The notes beneath the pieces are model-generated. The model searched no databases. It was not told where the DNA came from and was given only the letters and a program-made list of their open reading frames with translations. A stretch of DNA of 63,836 nucleotides, the filler included, from Acetivibrio sp. (GTDB taxonomy: Bacteria; Bacillota; Clostridia; Acetivibrionales; Acetivibrionaceae), in NCBI RefSeq assembly GCF_035371925.1. It is 20 parts of 20 records of this genome, joined end to end, with 100 filler letters (N's around TTAATTAATTAA, not from the genome) between each part and the next. Parts side by side here need not be neighbours in the genome. Positions count along the whole stretch, not along the records: positions 7,491 to 11,071 come from NZ_DAORXT010000152.1; positions 11,172 to 14,727 come from NZ_DAORXT010000153.1; positions 14,828 to 18,375 come from NZ_DAORXT010000154.1; 17 more parts are not named here. One strand, written 5' to 3'. Position 1 is the stretch's first letter. Each line of letters starts with the position of its first letter. Of this stretch, positions 8,669 through 18,475 are shown one piece after another. Position numbers and translations under genes: made by a program.

Positions 8669-10129
8669 ATGAAAAAAATCAATTGGAATCAGAATGAAAA
8701 CTTGAGCATGCTGACAGACTTTTATGAGCTGACAATGGCAAACGGTTATTTTGAAAACGGACTTAGAGACAAAATTGCCTACTTTGATATGTTTTTCAGA
8801 AGGGTACCGGAAAACGGCGGGTTTGCCATAATGGCCGGATTGGCTCAAGTCATTGAATATATAAAGAGTCTTAAGTTTGAGGATGACGATATTGAATTTT
8901 TAAGAAGCAAGGGTATCTTTAGTGAGGAATTTTTAAAGTATCTTAAAGAAATGGAGTTTTGCTGCGATATATGGTCAATACCTGAAGGAACTCCGATTTT
9001 CCCCAATGAACCTATAATAACGGTAAGAGGGCCGATTATTCAGGCACAGTTTATAGAAACAATGATTTTGCTTACCGTTAACCACCAGAGTCTCATAGCC
9101 ACTAAAGCCAACAGAATTGTCAGGGCGGCGCAGGGAAGAGCCGTACTTGAATTCGGCACCAGAAGAGCTCAAGGTTATGACGGGGCTGTACTTGGGGCAA
9201 GGGCGGCATATATAGGGGGATGTGCCGGTACGGCATGTGCCATAGCGGATAAGGAGTTCGGCGTGCCTGCATCGGGAACAATGGCTCACAGCTGGGTTCA
9301 GCTCTTCCCTACGGAGCTTGATGCTTTCAGAGCTTATGCAAGAGTGTATCCCGACAACTGCCTTCTTCTTGTGGACACATATAATGTGTTAAAATCGGGA
9401 GTACCGAATGCCATAAAAGTATTTCAGGAGGAAGTTGTAACAAGGGGATTTAGGCCCAAGGGTATAAGAATAGATTCGGGGGATATTGCATATCTTTCAA
9501 AGGAAGCAAGAAAAATGCTTGACGAAGCGGGATTTGCCGATTGTAAGATTGTTGCATCCAATTCTCTTGATGAATATATAATAAGGGATATTTTGCTGCA
9601 AGGGGCCCAGGTTGATATTTTCGGTGTGGGAGAAAGGCTTATAACATCGAAAAACGAGCCTGTTTTCGGAGGTGTGTATAAGCTTGTGGCAGTTGAAGAA
9701 AACGGAAATGTTGTTCCGAAAATAAAGATGAGCGAGAATGTGGTAAAAATAACAAACCCCGGATACAAGAAGGTTTACAGGTTGTTTGAAAGAAAGAATA
9801 ACAAGGCAATTGCAGATGTCATCGTAAATGCCGGCGAGATTATTGACGACAGCAAGCCCTATGAAATTTTTGATCCTGAGCATACTTGGAAGAGGAAGAC
9901 TTTGACAGATTTTTACGCAAAGGAGCTCCAAGTTCAGATCTTCGATAAGGGAAAATGCGTATATGAAGTACCCGAAATAAATGAAATTAGGAATTACTGC
10001 ATAGAACAGATCAATACCCTTTGGGATGAAGTGCTCAGATTTGAAAACCCGCACAAATATTATGTAGACTTAAGTGAAGAACTGTGGAATATAAAGAATA
10101 AGCTGCTTAAGGAGTATACATTGCAATAA
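8669..10129 (+). CDS. pncB: Nicotinate phosphoribosyltransferase
   Basis: LTDFYELTM, EFGTRRAQG, GTMAHSWV, LVDTYN, GIRIDSGD. Confidence 0.96.
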   Translation: MKKINWNQNENLSMLTDFYELTMANGYFENGLRDKIAYFDMFFRRVPENGGFAIMAGLAQVIEYIKSLKFEDDDIEFLRSKGIFSEEFLKYLKEMEFCCDIWSIPEGTPIFPNEPIITVRGPIIQAQFIETMILLTVNHQSLIATKANRIVRAAQGRAVLEFGTRRAQGYDGAVLGARAAYIGGCAGTACAIADKEFGVPASGTMAHSWVQLFPTELDAFRAYARVYPDNCLLLVDTYNVLKSGVPNAIKVFQEEVVTRGFRPKGIRIDSGDIAYLSKEARKMLDEAGFADCKIVASNSLDEYIIRDILLQGAQVDIFGVGERLITSKNEPVFGGVYKLVAVEENGNVVPKIKMSENVVKITNPGYKKVYRLFERKNNKAIADVIVNAGEIIDDSKPYEIFDPEHTWKRKTLTDFYAKELQVQIFDKGKCVYEVPEINEIRNYCIEQINTLWDEVLRFENPHKYYVDLSEELWNIKNKLLKEYTLQ

Positions 10130-10411
10130 AAAAATGACTCTCTGTGAAAAAACACTAAAATTAATCAAATTTTTTATATAATTTTTCTCAGATAATTGAG
10201 GAGGAAATCGAGCTGCCGGGTCGTATTATTATATATATAATATGCAATAGTAAATTTTTCTAACATCATATGATAAAAGCAACTCATAAATTGCATTTTA
10301 TATTTAACAGGTCATCTTTAGTTTTCATCACAGGTACTCATACCGGCAGTTCGAATATTTATTGTTGCTGGAGTTTGAAGGGCAACTCCATTCTATTAAG
10401 GAGTGCAAAAA

Positions 10412-10858
10412 ATGGATGTTAAAAATGCCTTTATTGAAACGACAATGGAAGTATTGTCCGGATTTGGGCTTCCTCCCGTGTTTGCCGAAAAGGATGAGAA
10501 GGAAAGCCGGATTCAAGCAGGGGATGTAAATGTCGTTATGGGTGTAAATGGTGCGCTAAGCGGCAATTTAATCGTGACGGCAAACAAAGAATCTGCTTTG
10601 TTTATATCATCGGCCATGCTGGGAGGAATGAAATTTGAGGAAGTTAATGACATGGTAAAAAGTGCAATGGGCGAATTGCTTAATATAATTGCCGGAAATG
10701 CATTTAGCAGAGTAGATATAAAGTCGGTAATTTATATTTCTACACCAGCATTGGTTATCGGGGAGGGAATTTCTATTTTGCTTCAAAGGTCCGGCACAAA
10801 CAAGTTGATTTTTGATGTGGTTGGACAATCTATGGATATTTTGATTAATATTGAATAG
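10412..10858 (+). CDS. cheX: CheX/CheC-family chemotaxis phosphatase
   Basis: GVNGALSGNL, SAMGELLNIIAGNA, ISTPALVIG; ATG at 10412 after AAGGAG. Confidence 0.85.
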   Translation: MDVKNAFIETTMEVLSGFGLPPVFAEKDEKESRIQAGDVNVVMGVNGALSGNLIVTANKESALFISSAMLGGMKFEEVNDMVKSAMGELLNIIAGNAFSRVDIKSVIYISTPALVIGEGISILLQRSGTNKLIFDVVGQSMDILINIE

Positions 10859-10945
10859 TTTTTGGTTGATCTTACCTTAATTCTGTTTTTTAGGATGCAA
10901 TGGCAATACACAACCAATATATACCTTATTCCCTCTTTGTGATAG

Positions 10946-10989
10946 CAGCGGAGCCTGTATAAAGATTAATCTTTATGCAGGCTCCGCTG
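10946..10989. terminator. 44-nt near-perfect palindrome followed by a T tract
   Basis: CAGCGGAGCCTG-TATAAAGATT|AATCTTTATG-CAGGCTCCGCTG then TTTT. Confidence 0.6.
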
Positions 10990-11489
10990 TTTTGCCGGGT
11001 TTTTTATGTGAAAAACTTTTGCCGTGCCATTCGGATATCATTGGCGGACGATGAATAATTCTCTATTGGAGNNNNNNNNNNNNNNNNNNNNNNNNNNNNN
11101 NNNNNNNNNNNNNNNTTAATTAATTAANNNNNNNNNNNNNNNNNNNNNNNNNNNNNNNNNNNNNNNNNNNNATTCTAACTTATTTTGGCCGTTTTGTCTG
11201 TCTTAATTTCTGGTATCATTATATTCTCCACAAAATGCCATATTCCTTCATTTGTTCAACCGCAAGTTTCGACAAATTATCTCTTCAAAACATCCTGCAG
11301 TAGTTTAAAACTGTTTCCTTGCAAAGAGATGCTCCAGAACCCTGCCTTCTATATTAATCAGTAACTTGCAGTATTCGATAAGACGGCTGGCATCCTTTCA
11401 AATGTTATCTTTAAGTCACCAAAATACTGCAATTAAAGGATGACCAGCAGAAGTCCTGACTGTCTAATCGAATGTAGTAAATGAAATAA

Positions 11490-11516
11490 TGCTGGAGTTA
11501 ATTATTCTCTCCAGCA
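11490..11516. terminator. Hairpin downstream of the type III res gene
   Basis: TGCTGGAG-N11-CTCCAGCA, 25 nt beyond the res stop. Confidence 0.5.
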
Positions 11517-11541
11517 ATTATTATACAATAATATCCGCGTC

Positions 11542-14490
11542 TCAAATATCCTCAAAGTATGAAAACAAATCACCCTCAACCATATACCTTGTCAACCTTT
11601 CCAGGCGCAGAATATCCCTGACAGAAGCCCCATTGTTTTTCTTTGAATAAAATGAATTTTCACCAAGCAACACATAGTACCATTTGCAGTTCATCCTGTC
11701 ATCCGGCTTCAGAGCATTCACTTTCTTCAGCCAGTCAAGAGTCGCTTTCTCCTTATTCAAGACATTCTGATTGTCCATATCCCTGTCAGCTTTGGTCTCC
11801 ACAAGATAAATTTCATCCTTGAGTTTTACAATAAAATCAGGAAAATACGAAGCAATCATACCGTCTTTTCTGATGTAGTTCAAATAGGCAAAGGTGTGAT
11901 AGTTTTCTTTAATTTTAATTATGGATTCCACTTCCGAATCGGTATCGCAAAATATTATGAAGTCTCTTTCAAAACCTCCTTTGTTGCTGGGAAAAGGCAG
12001 CCTGCTGTATATCGACTTGGATACCTCTACCGAATAGTTCTCCCTCATCTTCATTGTGTCGATTTCTGAGAAATACTTCCTGAGCACTACCGCCTCGGAT
12101 ATCTCAACATTGTTTTGCATCTCGTATATAGCCTTGCTTATTTCCTTTATTATATGCTCCACAATCCCTGATTTGGTCAGCAGCAACACCCTCCAGTTAT
12201 TATCTTCAAATGGATCAAACGGCTGGTCAAAAAGCCTTGTCCGTATGAATTTGTCGATTACCGCAGCAAGTTCCGCATTGTTAATCTGCATGAACGGAAA
12301 CCTTTCCTTTTTTCTTATCCCGACACGTTCTATGGAGGAGGATATGGCACCGATTATCTTGCCAATATACTCATTATAGCTTTTTGAGTTAAATACCTGG
12401 GCAGAAACCTCATAATTCCCGAACCTCGTCTTTACAGTAATTTCCTCAGAATAAAAAGTATCGTCCTTTTGTGAAACAAACATTTTAAGTGTTTTTAATG
12501 GGTAAGAACTGTATGGCATCATAATGTCAGGAGAAAGTTTTTTATATACAATGGTTTCCTCCCTGTCCTTGACAATAATCGGGAAAAACATATCATAATT
12601 CCTATAGTCCTCTTTTAAACCTACATTAATCAAATCGCCAACTATGCTTTCCCTGCTGTCTTTCATGTCTCCAGCTTCATTAACCAGCCCTTCCTTTATC
12701 AATTCGTCATAGAACTCAATAAACCGTGGATGTTCTATAATGCTTAATATGTCAAGGTAATTTGAAGGCTCCTGTTTCTTCTGGAGCAGCTTTATCCTGT
12801 TCTCCTGTTTTATGTCATCATAATCGTTTTCCCTCCACATAAGCCGTAAGCCCCTTCCCACAATCTGTTCAAGCAGGATAGGCGCTTCACTGGAACGGAG
12901 GGGGACAATAACACAAATATTGTTTACATCGAACCCCTCTCTCAACATCAAAACCGATACAATAATTTTGGGTTTTTCATAGGAATCAATATTAAATAGC
13001 TTACGTTTCAATTCATTCCATTCGCTTAAGGGTATATTTCCCTTTTTATCCGAGTCAACCTGTAAAACATCCTCTTCATCAAGACCTTCATAGCGTGTCA
13101 GATATTCAACAACAAGCGGAGAAACTTTCGTATCCTCACATATGACAAGCATCTTTGGGTATTTATTTGTAATTCCTGCTTTATCCTTTGTGAAATCCAC
13201 AAACTGCTTCTCTAAAATTCTTAGTTTTTGCAGTCCTGCCCGAAGCATTATCTTTTGACCTTCCGAAAGACCTACTACATTATTTCCTTCCCTGACTGCT
13301 TTATAATCAAGTTGTGCAAGTTCCTCAGAGGCAATTTCCTTACGCTTATCAAGGACAATGGTTTTAACAAGTCCTTTATGGATAGCAGTCTTTAAATCAA
13401 AGTCTACAATAATATGCGGAAAATAATGCTTTGTCCTTTTCTGACCGCTTCCCGTAACGTTATAGGGTGTAGCGGAAAAGTCAATCTGGATGAATCTCTC
13501 ACCTTTTCCTGAAGCTATTTCATTCAGGCTCTTCTGCCATTCAACTTCCATGACTTCACCGGCAACTTTTACCTCATGGATATGGTGGGCTTCATCATTT
13601 ATTACAACAATATCTTTTAGTTTCGCCAAATACTCGATCTCGCTGCCTTTCAAATAATTATTGTCTAAGGTGTCCAATGAGTGTCCTGCGGTTGTGCCGG
13701 GTGAAATAGGTCTTAAATCCTGAAGTATTACTGCAGGATTCTCAAGGGGATCATCAGTATCGGTTTCTTCCTCATCGGCTCCAGCAAGCAGATGCCAGTT
13801 AGTTATCGCAATTAAACCGTCACCGGTTACTTTGCGGCCAATTTCCTCTTTTCTGGCAACACTGTTTTGTATAAAACTGAACAGTGTGCTTTTATATGCT
13901 TCAGGCACAAACAATTCCCTGTATTTATAAAAATCGGACGTTTCAAAATTTCTGACACCGCTTTCGGTTTCCTTTCCAAGGTAAGCATCCAGAAGTCTTT
14001 CATATACTATAAGCCCAGGAGCCACAAGCAGAAAGTTTTTTGAGTACCTGCCCGAAGGCTTGTCCTCATATTTTGCATTCAGGTACTGCCATATCAGCAG
14101 TGCATTCATTACCCAAGTTTTACCCGTACCTGTAGCCATTTTCATTGCATATTTGGGATAGCTGTATTTTATATTATTTAACTCCACCAATCCCATCTCG
14201 GCAAGAATCTCTTCATTTACTGAAGTATACATGTCAAATACATTTTTTGATTTCAGTATTTCATGTACGTATATAGTGTTCAGTATAGCCTGCTTCTGCC
14301 CCTGATGGAAATTAAACCTCCGCTGGTCGCAAAATGTATCGGTAAACCAATATCTCAGCAAGTCCTGCGTCACCGGAGTAACACCATTCATTAACTCTCC
14401 CGAATCCCATGCTTCATTGGTTATCCTTGTAAGCTCTGCCGCAAATTTTAGCGGAACATCTCTTGTCCCGATATTTTTAGATATAGGCAT
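11542..14490 (-). CDS. res: Type III restriction enzyme Res subunit (SF2 helicase plus PD-(D/E)xK nuclease)
   Basis: MKMATGTGKT, INDEAHH, SATP, LREGFDV, EQIVGRGLR; C-terminal YFPDFIVK..LVETK. Confidence 0.93.
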   Translation of the reverse strand: MPISKNIGTRDVPLKFAAELTRITNEAWDSGELMNGVTPVTQDLLRYWFTDTFCDQRRFNFHQGQKQAILNTIYVHEILKSKNVFDMYTSVNEEILAEMGLVELNNIKYSYPKYAMKMATGTGKTWVMNALLIWQYLNAKYEDKPSGRYSKNFLLVAPGLIVYERLLDAYLGKETESGVRNFETSDFYKYRELFVPEAYKSTLFSFIQNSVARKEEIGRKVTGDGLIAITNWHLLAGADEEETDTDDPLENPAVILQDLRPISPGTTAGHSLDTLDNNYLKGSEIEYLAKLKDIVVINDEAHHIHEVKVAGEVMEVEWQKSLNEIASGKGERFIQIDFSATPYNVTGSGQKRTKHYFPHIIVDFDLKTAIHKGLVKTIVLDKRKEIASEELAQLDYKAVREGNNVVGLSEGQKIMLRAGLQKLRILEKQFVDFTKDKAGITNKYPKMLVICEDTKVSPLVVEYLTRYEGLDEEDVLQVDSDKKGNIPLSEWNELKRKLFNIDSYEKPKIIVSVLMLREGFDVNNICVIVPLRSSEAPILLEQIVGRGLRLMWRENDYDDIKQENRIKLLQKKQEPSNYLDILSIIEHPRFIEFYDELIKEGLVNEAGDMKDSRESIVGDLINVGLKEDYRNYDMFFPIIVKDREETIVYKKLSPDIMMPYSSYPLKTLKMFVSQKDDTFYSEEITVKTRFGNYEVSAQVFNSKSYNEYIGKIIGAISSSIERVGIRKKERFPFMQINNAELAAVIDKFIRTRLFDQPFDPFEDNNWRVLLLTKSGIVEHIIKEISKAIYEMQNNVEISEAVVLRKYFSEIDTMKMRENYSVEVSKSIYSRLPFPSNKGGFERDFIIFCDTDSEVESIIKIKENYHTFAYLNYIRKDGMIASYFPDFIVKLKDEIYLVETKADRDMDNQNVLNKEKATLDWLKKVNALKPDDRMNCKWYYVLLGENSFYSKKNNGASVRDILRLERLTRYMVEGDLFSYFEDI

Positions 14491-14727
14491 TTACTGCACC
14501 TCCTCTATGGCAACGCTCTCAAATCCGAAAATGTCAACGGCTTTCACGCAGACCTTGCGCTTACCTTCTTTCTTTGGAACAATAAGTTCCGTGCTCGTTA
14601 CAACCTTATACGGATCACTGTCATTTCCTGTATTATCCCTGTAGTCCTGCCATTTGCTTATAAACACTTCGCCATTGTAATCAGGGTCAACACTCCAATA
14701 TTCAATCAGAGCCAGAGGATCTTTTGC
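14491..14727 (-). CDS. mod: Type III RM Mod (DNA methyltransferase) subunit, C-terminal fragment
   Basis: Manual translation AKDPLALIEYWSVDPDYNGEVFISKWQDYR...KVCVKAVDIFGFESVAIEEVQ*; stop abuts the res ATG. Confidence 0.8.
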   Translation of the reverse strand, partial: AKDPLALIEYWSVDPDYNGEVFISKWQDYRDNTGNDSDPYKVVTSTELIVPKKEGKRKVCVKAVDIFGFESVAIEEVQ

Positions 14728-14827
14728 NNNNNNNNNNNNNNNNNNNNNNNNNNNNNNNNNNNNNNNNNNNNTTAATTAATTAANNNNNNNNNNNNNNNNN
14801 NNNNNNNNNNNNNNNNNNNNNNNNNNN

Positions 14828-15066
14828 ATAAGTTCTTCCGGCAACAAACTCTCTGCTTTGCTTATCAGGCTTTCGATTTCGTCTTTAAGCTTTGTAATTT
14901 CACTATCCAAATTTTCGGGCTCAACCCCCAGCTCTTTGAGCTCTAAAAGTATTTCCTCCTTTTGTCTGTTAAGCTGCTCAAGCCTTGCCTCAGCCCGGAT
15001 TCTTAAATTTTTTGCTTTATCCAAATTGTCTTTAATCTGATTTAGCTTTTTCTCATAGTCGGACAT
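14828..15066 (-). CDS. Small coiled-coil protein (3' end cut by contig end)
   Basis: Heptad-rich MSDYEKKLNQIKDNLDKAKNLRIRAEARLEQL..; TGATG overlap with the upstream ATPase. Confidence 0.8.
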
Positions 15067-16517
15067 CAGTGTACCTCCTCATAATGTCTTATTATGTTTT
15101 CAAGCTTTTCATCTCCAATACTGCTTTTACACAGCGGGCATACCCCGTTTCTTCTAAGAATGTCGATATATAAATTAAGATTTTCCTGTATTTCTTTTTT
15201 ATTTTTCTCCATAAACGCCAAACCTTCATTTAGACTTGTGCAAGCTGTATCGTATTCTTTTTTGGCGGTTTCAAGTCTGTTTAAAGCTTCCAGTTTTTCG
15301 TTTGCAGAATTTACAATGTTTTGTGCCAAAGTTATACTTTCATAAGATGATATATTCTTTTTTACATCCGATATCTCCCGGTTGATAGAGACTAGCTTTT
15401 CTAGTATCTGAGCAATTTTAAAACTTCTAAAAACGCTGTCGGAAATCTTTTTTATCATTATATCAAGGTCCTTGACATTTTCTGTCCTGTCAAGGATATC
15501 CTTTGCCAGGGCAAGCTCTCTGCTAATATCGTTTAGCTCAGAACGTAATTTATTAAGCATTTCGTGCCGGGAGAAAATATCAAATATCACCTTCAAAATT
15601 TCTGTCGCATCATCCACAGTGCCCGTTTTCTCCACCACTTTTTCCATCTCCGATGTCATGTACAAAATTGCGGAATATTTCTTTCTTAAGCCCAATATCC
15701 TATCTAGCCTAAGTAAACTAATCTCCGCAGATTTTAAATATGCATTGCATTCTTCCAGCCTGTCAAGCTTTGAAAGAATCCTGCTATAAGCCAGATATTC
15801 CGAATCAATGCTTTGAAGGGAATACTTCTTCTCCTCGAGGGTATCGGCTTTTGCCATCAAGGCTTCCGTTTTTTCAATTGTCTTTTCGGATTCTTCAAGC
15901 TTTTTTCCCAATTCCTTTATATTTTCATATTCTTCAAGCTTTTTGTCAATATCGTCAATTTCATTGCGAACCCTGTCACAGGTCTGATTTTCCCTTCTTA
16001 TATCCGTAGCACAGTCTCTTATTGCCTGGTCAATTATGTGAACCCCTGTGAGTCTTCCTATGGCTTTTGCCCTGGTAGCACCGGATTCTGACAAAAGAAA
16101 CGGCCCTTCAAGCTGTTCTCCGATGTTTAGACTGGCACGAATGTCCATGTCCAAAACAACCTTTGGAATGCCATGGGCCTTTACAATTTCCAACGGTACT
16201 TCATTGCCGAATCCCTCAAATATGCTTACATTTCCTTCAGGGTCTTCCAGGGTATACCTGTTTTTACTTGTTGTTCTTTCCCTTGTAATTACATATCCGT
16301 TGCTAAGCTCCAAAGTAACCTTTGCAGAATTTGTTCCCTGCCTTATAAAATCAGTGCCTCTGGGTTCATTATACAAAACCCATTTAATAGCCCGGATAAT
16401 TGCAGACTTTCCCTGGTCCGACGGTCCCACAATAACGTTAAGCCCGTCGGAAAATGAAAGCTCCGTATTCTTATGTGACTGGAAATTCTCAATCTTTATC
16501 TTTTTTATCCTTATCAT
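15066..16517 (-). CDS. Rad50/SbcC-like ATPase, N-terminal half only (Walker A, coiled coil, CxxC hook)
   Basis: IENFQSHKNTELSF, GPSDQGKS, FIRQG, long coiled coil, CPLC near the C-terminus, no Walker B. Confidence 0.85.
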   Translation of the reverse strand: MIRIKKIKIENFQSHKNTELSFSDGLNVIVGPSDQGKSAIIRAIKWVLYNEPRGTDFIRQGTNSAKVTLELSNGYVITRERTTSKNRYTLEDPEGNVSIFEGFGNEVPLEIVKAHGIPKVVLDMDIRASLNIGEQLEGPFLLSESGATRAKAIGRLTGVHIIDQAIRDCATDIRRENQTCDRVRNEIDDIDKKLEEYENIKELGKKLEESEKTIEKTEALMAKADTLEEKKYSLQSIDSEYLAYSRILSKLDRLEECNAYLKSAEISLLRLDRILGLRKKYSAILYMTSEMEKVVEKTGTVDDATEILKVIFDIFSRHEMLNKLRSELNDISRELALAKDILDRTENVKDLDIMIKKISDSVFRSFKIAQILEKLVSINREISDVKKNISSYESITLAQNIVNSANEKLEALNRLETAKKEYDTACTSLNEGLAFMEKNKKEIQENLNLYIDILRRNGVCPLCKSSIGDEKLENIIRHYEEVH

Positions 16518-17506
16518 TCTTCATCCTGTCCTTCTGACAAATTCTCCCGTGCAATTCCAATCCTTCTTAATGCTTCCTCCTTAACTTCCCGGCTGAGCTC
16601 ATCGCTTGACGCAATTTCTTCAACTAATTGGGATATATCTATTTTTTTATAATTTCCCGATGCCTCGATACCCTGATAAAACTGGTGCAGTTTTAAATTT
16701 CTGTCCTTTGCCGCCTCAAGCTTTTCCCGGTCAAGCACCTCATCGGCCGGTTGGGCAGTTCTAAGTTCAATTTCCTCTATATGTATTCCGCTTGCATCAA
16801 GATTCAGGTAAACAACCTCAGGTCTTCTGCCAAGCTCGGATAAACTGCTCGAAACCCTGACAATGCTTCCCGGGTTTATAAAGTATTTCGAACCGATCTG
16901 CCTGACACCAAAGCCGCTGTGATAGTGCCCGGCAAAGGTTATATCCGCCTGTGTTTCTTTTATATCATCCAACAATGTGTATTTAATTCCTTCATAGAAA
17001 GGCTTTAAAAGAAGCATTCCGTGCACTATGTTTATGGCATAATCCGCATCTTCACGTTTTTTTACAATATAATAGCTTTTAAAATTTTCACCGTCTATGT
17101 CATAATTGTAAGACTTCCCGGTGAGCTGAACCGTTATACCGTCTTTTTCTAAAATCACTTCATCATCATAGCCTATAAGATTTATAAGCCCGGTTCCTTC
17201 AAGAAGGCCGATCATTGTTCTTCCTACAGTGGCAGGATTATGGCCGTAAATATCATGATTTCCGGCCACAGTATATATAGGCTTGTCAAAGCTCTTTATA
17301 ATGACGGCAAACTCCCGGACTATGGAAGGGGAAATGTCGGGTCTGTCGAACCAATCCCCGCCATGCAGTATATAATCGACGTTAAGCCGCTTGGAAATGT
17401 CGCCTATCTCATAAAACTTATTCTTTAGCGTCTCATAAAAGTTATCTTTTCTGTTTTTCGGTGTTGTTCCTCTAATGTGTGAATCTGTGAAAAAAAGAAA
17501 CTTCAT
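16514..17506 (-). CDS. Mre11/SbcD-like metallophosphoesterase (nuclease)
   Basis: FTDSHI, HGGDWFD, AGNHD, VHGML, FAGHYH, INPGS. Confidence 0.9.
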   Translation of the reverse strand: MKFLFFTDSHIRGTTPKNRKDNFYETLKNKFYEIGDISKRLNVDYILHGGDWFDRPDISPSIVREFAVIIKSFDKPIYTVAGNHDIYGHNPATVGRTMIGLLEGTGLINLIGYDDEVILEKDGITVQLTGKSYNYDIDGENFKSYYIVKKREDADYAINIVHGMLLLKPFYEGIKYTLLDDIKETQADITFAGHYHSGFGVRQIGSKYFINPGSIVRVSSSLSELGRRPEVVYLNLDASGIHIEEIELRTAQPADEVLDREKLEAAKDRNLKLHQFYQGIEASGNYKKIDISQLVEEIASSDELSREVKEEALRRIGIARENLSEGQDEE

Positions 17507-17567
17507 TGGGACTCTCTCTTTCCAGTGCCTTTTAGATCAAATAATTTTTAAATAGTTTTAAAGGCAC

Positions 17568-18269
17568 TTAGTTACTCTCATTCTGCTTTCTTTGCTCGTA
17601 TTTTTCAATGTATTCCTGCCACCATTTCTGATTTTGCACGGTGCAGAGCTCTTTATCCAAATGAGAAGTGTCTCCCTCGAGTACTATATCGAACTTTCCA
17701 TCCTCATAATCCAGTATGGTCACAGAAGTGTTGTCATGCCATTGAATGTTTATCATTTCTGTAAGATCGCAGCCCTTAAAATAACACATCAGAGACCTAA
17801 TCGCCGTCCCATGGGTAACTACGCATATATTCTTACCCTTGTTATTATCTATGATGTATTTTACCTCATCAATCAGCCTTTTCTGGAATTCCTCCATGGA
17901 TTCTCCGTCAGGCATTTTATGTTCATGGGGCCTGTTCTCCCAACTGTCATATTCATCCGGCCACAATTTGGGCAGCTCTTCCCACTCCATATTCTCCCAT
18001 TTTCCCCCGTTTATCTCTTTAAGCTTGTCTGTTCTTATTATGGGCAGTTTTTTCACATCAGCTATATATTGGGCAGTTTGAAGTGTCCTCTTTAAGCTGC
18101 TGGAATAAATAACATCAATATCAACATCTTTAAATTTCTCGGCAACCCTCTGGGCCTGCAGATGTCCCCTTTCGGTAATAGAGGAATCGGTCCAGCCGTG
18201 AAACACCCTGTGAAGATTCCCCTCAGCCTCGGCATGACGAACAAATATGATTCTTGTTTTTATTGCCAT
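17568..18269 (-). CDS. Histidine phosphatase (phosphoglycerate mutase family)
   Basis: FVRHAEAEGN, YSSSLKRTLQTA, LKEINGGKWE, VTHG; ATG at 18269 after GAGGGTG. Confidence 0.9.
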   Translation of the reverse strand: MAIKTRIIFVRHAEAEGNLHRVFHGWTDSSITERGHLQAQRVAEKFKDVDIDVIYSSSLKRTLQTAQYIADVKKLPIIRTDKLKEINGGKWENMEWEELPKLWPDEYDSWENRPHEHKMPDGESMEEFQKRLIDEVKYIIDNNKGKNICVVTHGTAIRSLMCYFKGCDLTEMINIQWHDNTSVTILDYEDGKFDIVLEGDTSHLDKELCTVQNQKWWQEYIEKYEQRKQNESN

Positions 18270-18326
18270 CACCCTCTTGCAGTAATTAGTTTGCAACTTA
18301 TATGAAATTAGATAAATTGCAATATA

Positions 18327-18375
18327 TGATTATCCCACAAAAAGTATCGGTTCTAAATAAAATTTCTTAAACCTA
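18327..18375 (+). mobile_element. Terminus of a multicopy element (TG-starting, IS3-family-like), copy 1
   Basis: TGATTATCCCACAAAAAG...CTTAAACCTA is the exact reverse complement of 25612-25660; both sit at contig ends with different flanks. Confidence 0.6.
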
Positions 18376-18475
18376 NNNNNNNNNNNNNNNNNNNNNNNNN
18401 NNNNNNNNNNNNNNNNNNNTTAATTAATTAANNNNNNNNNNNNNNNNNNNNNNNNNNNNNNNNNNNNNNNNNNNN

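Noticed and set aside
10330..10405. Cyclic-di-GMP or other riboswitch upstream of cheX
   Set aside because: Only a short GGAGTT/AACTCC hairpin is present; the conserved c-di-GMP-I and -II motifs were not found.
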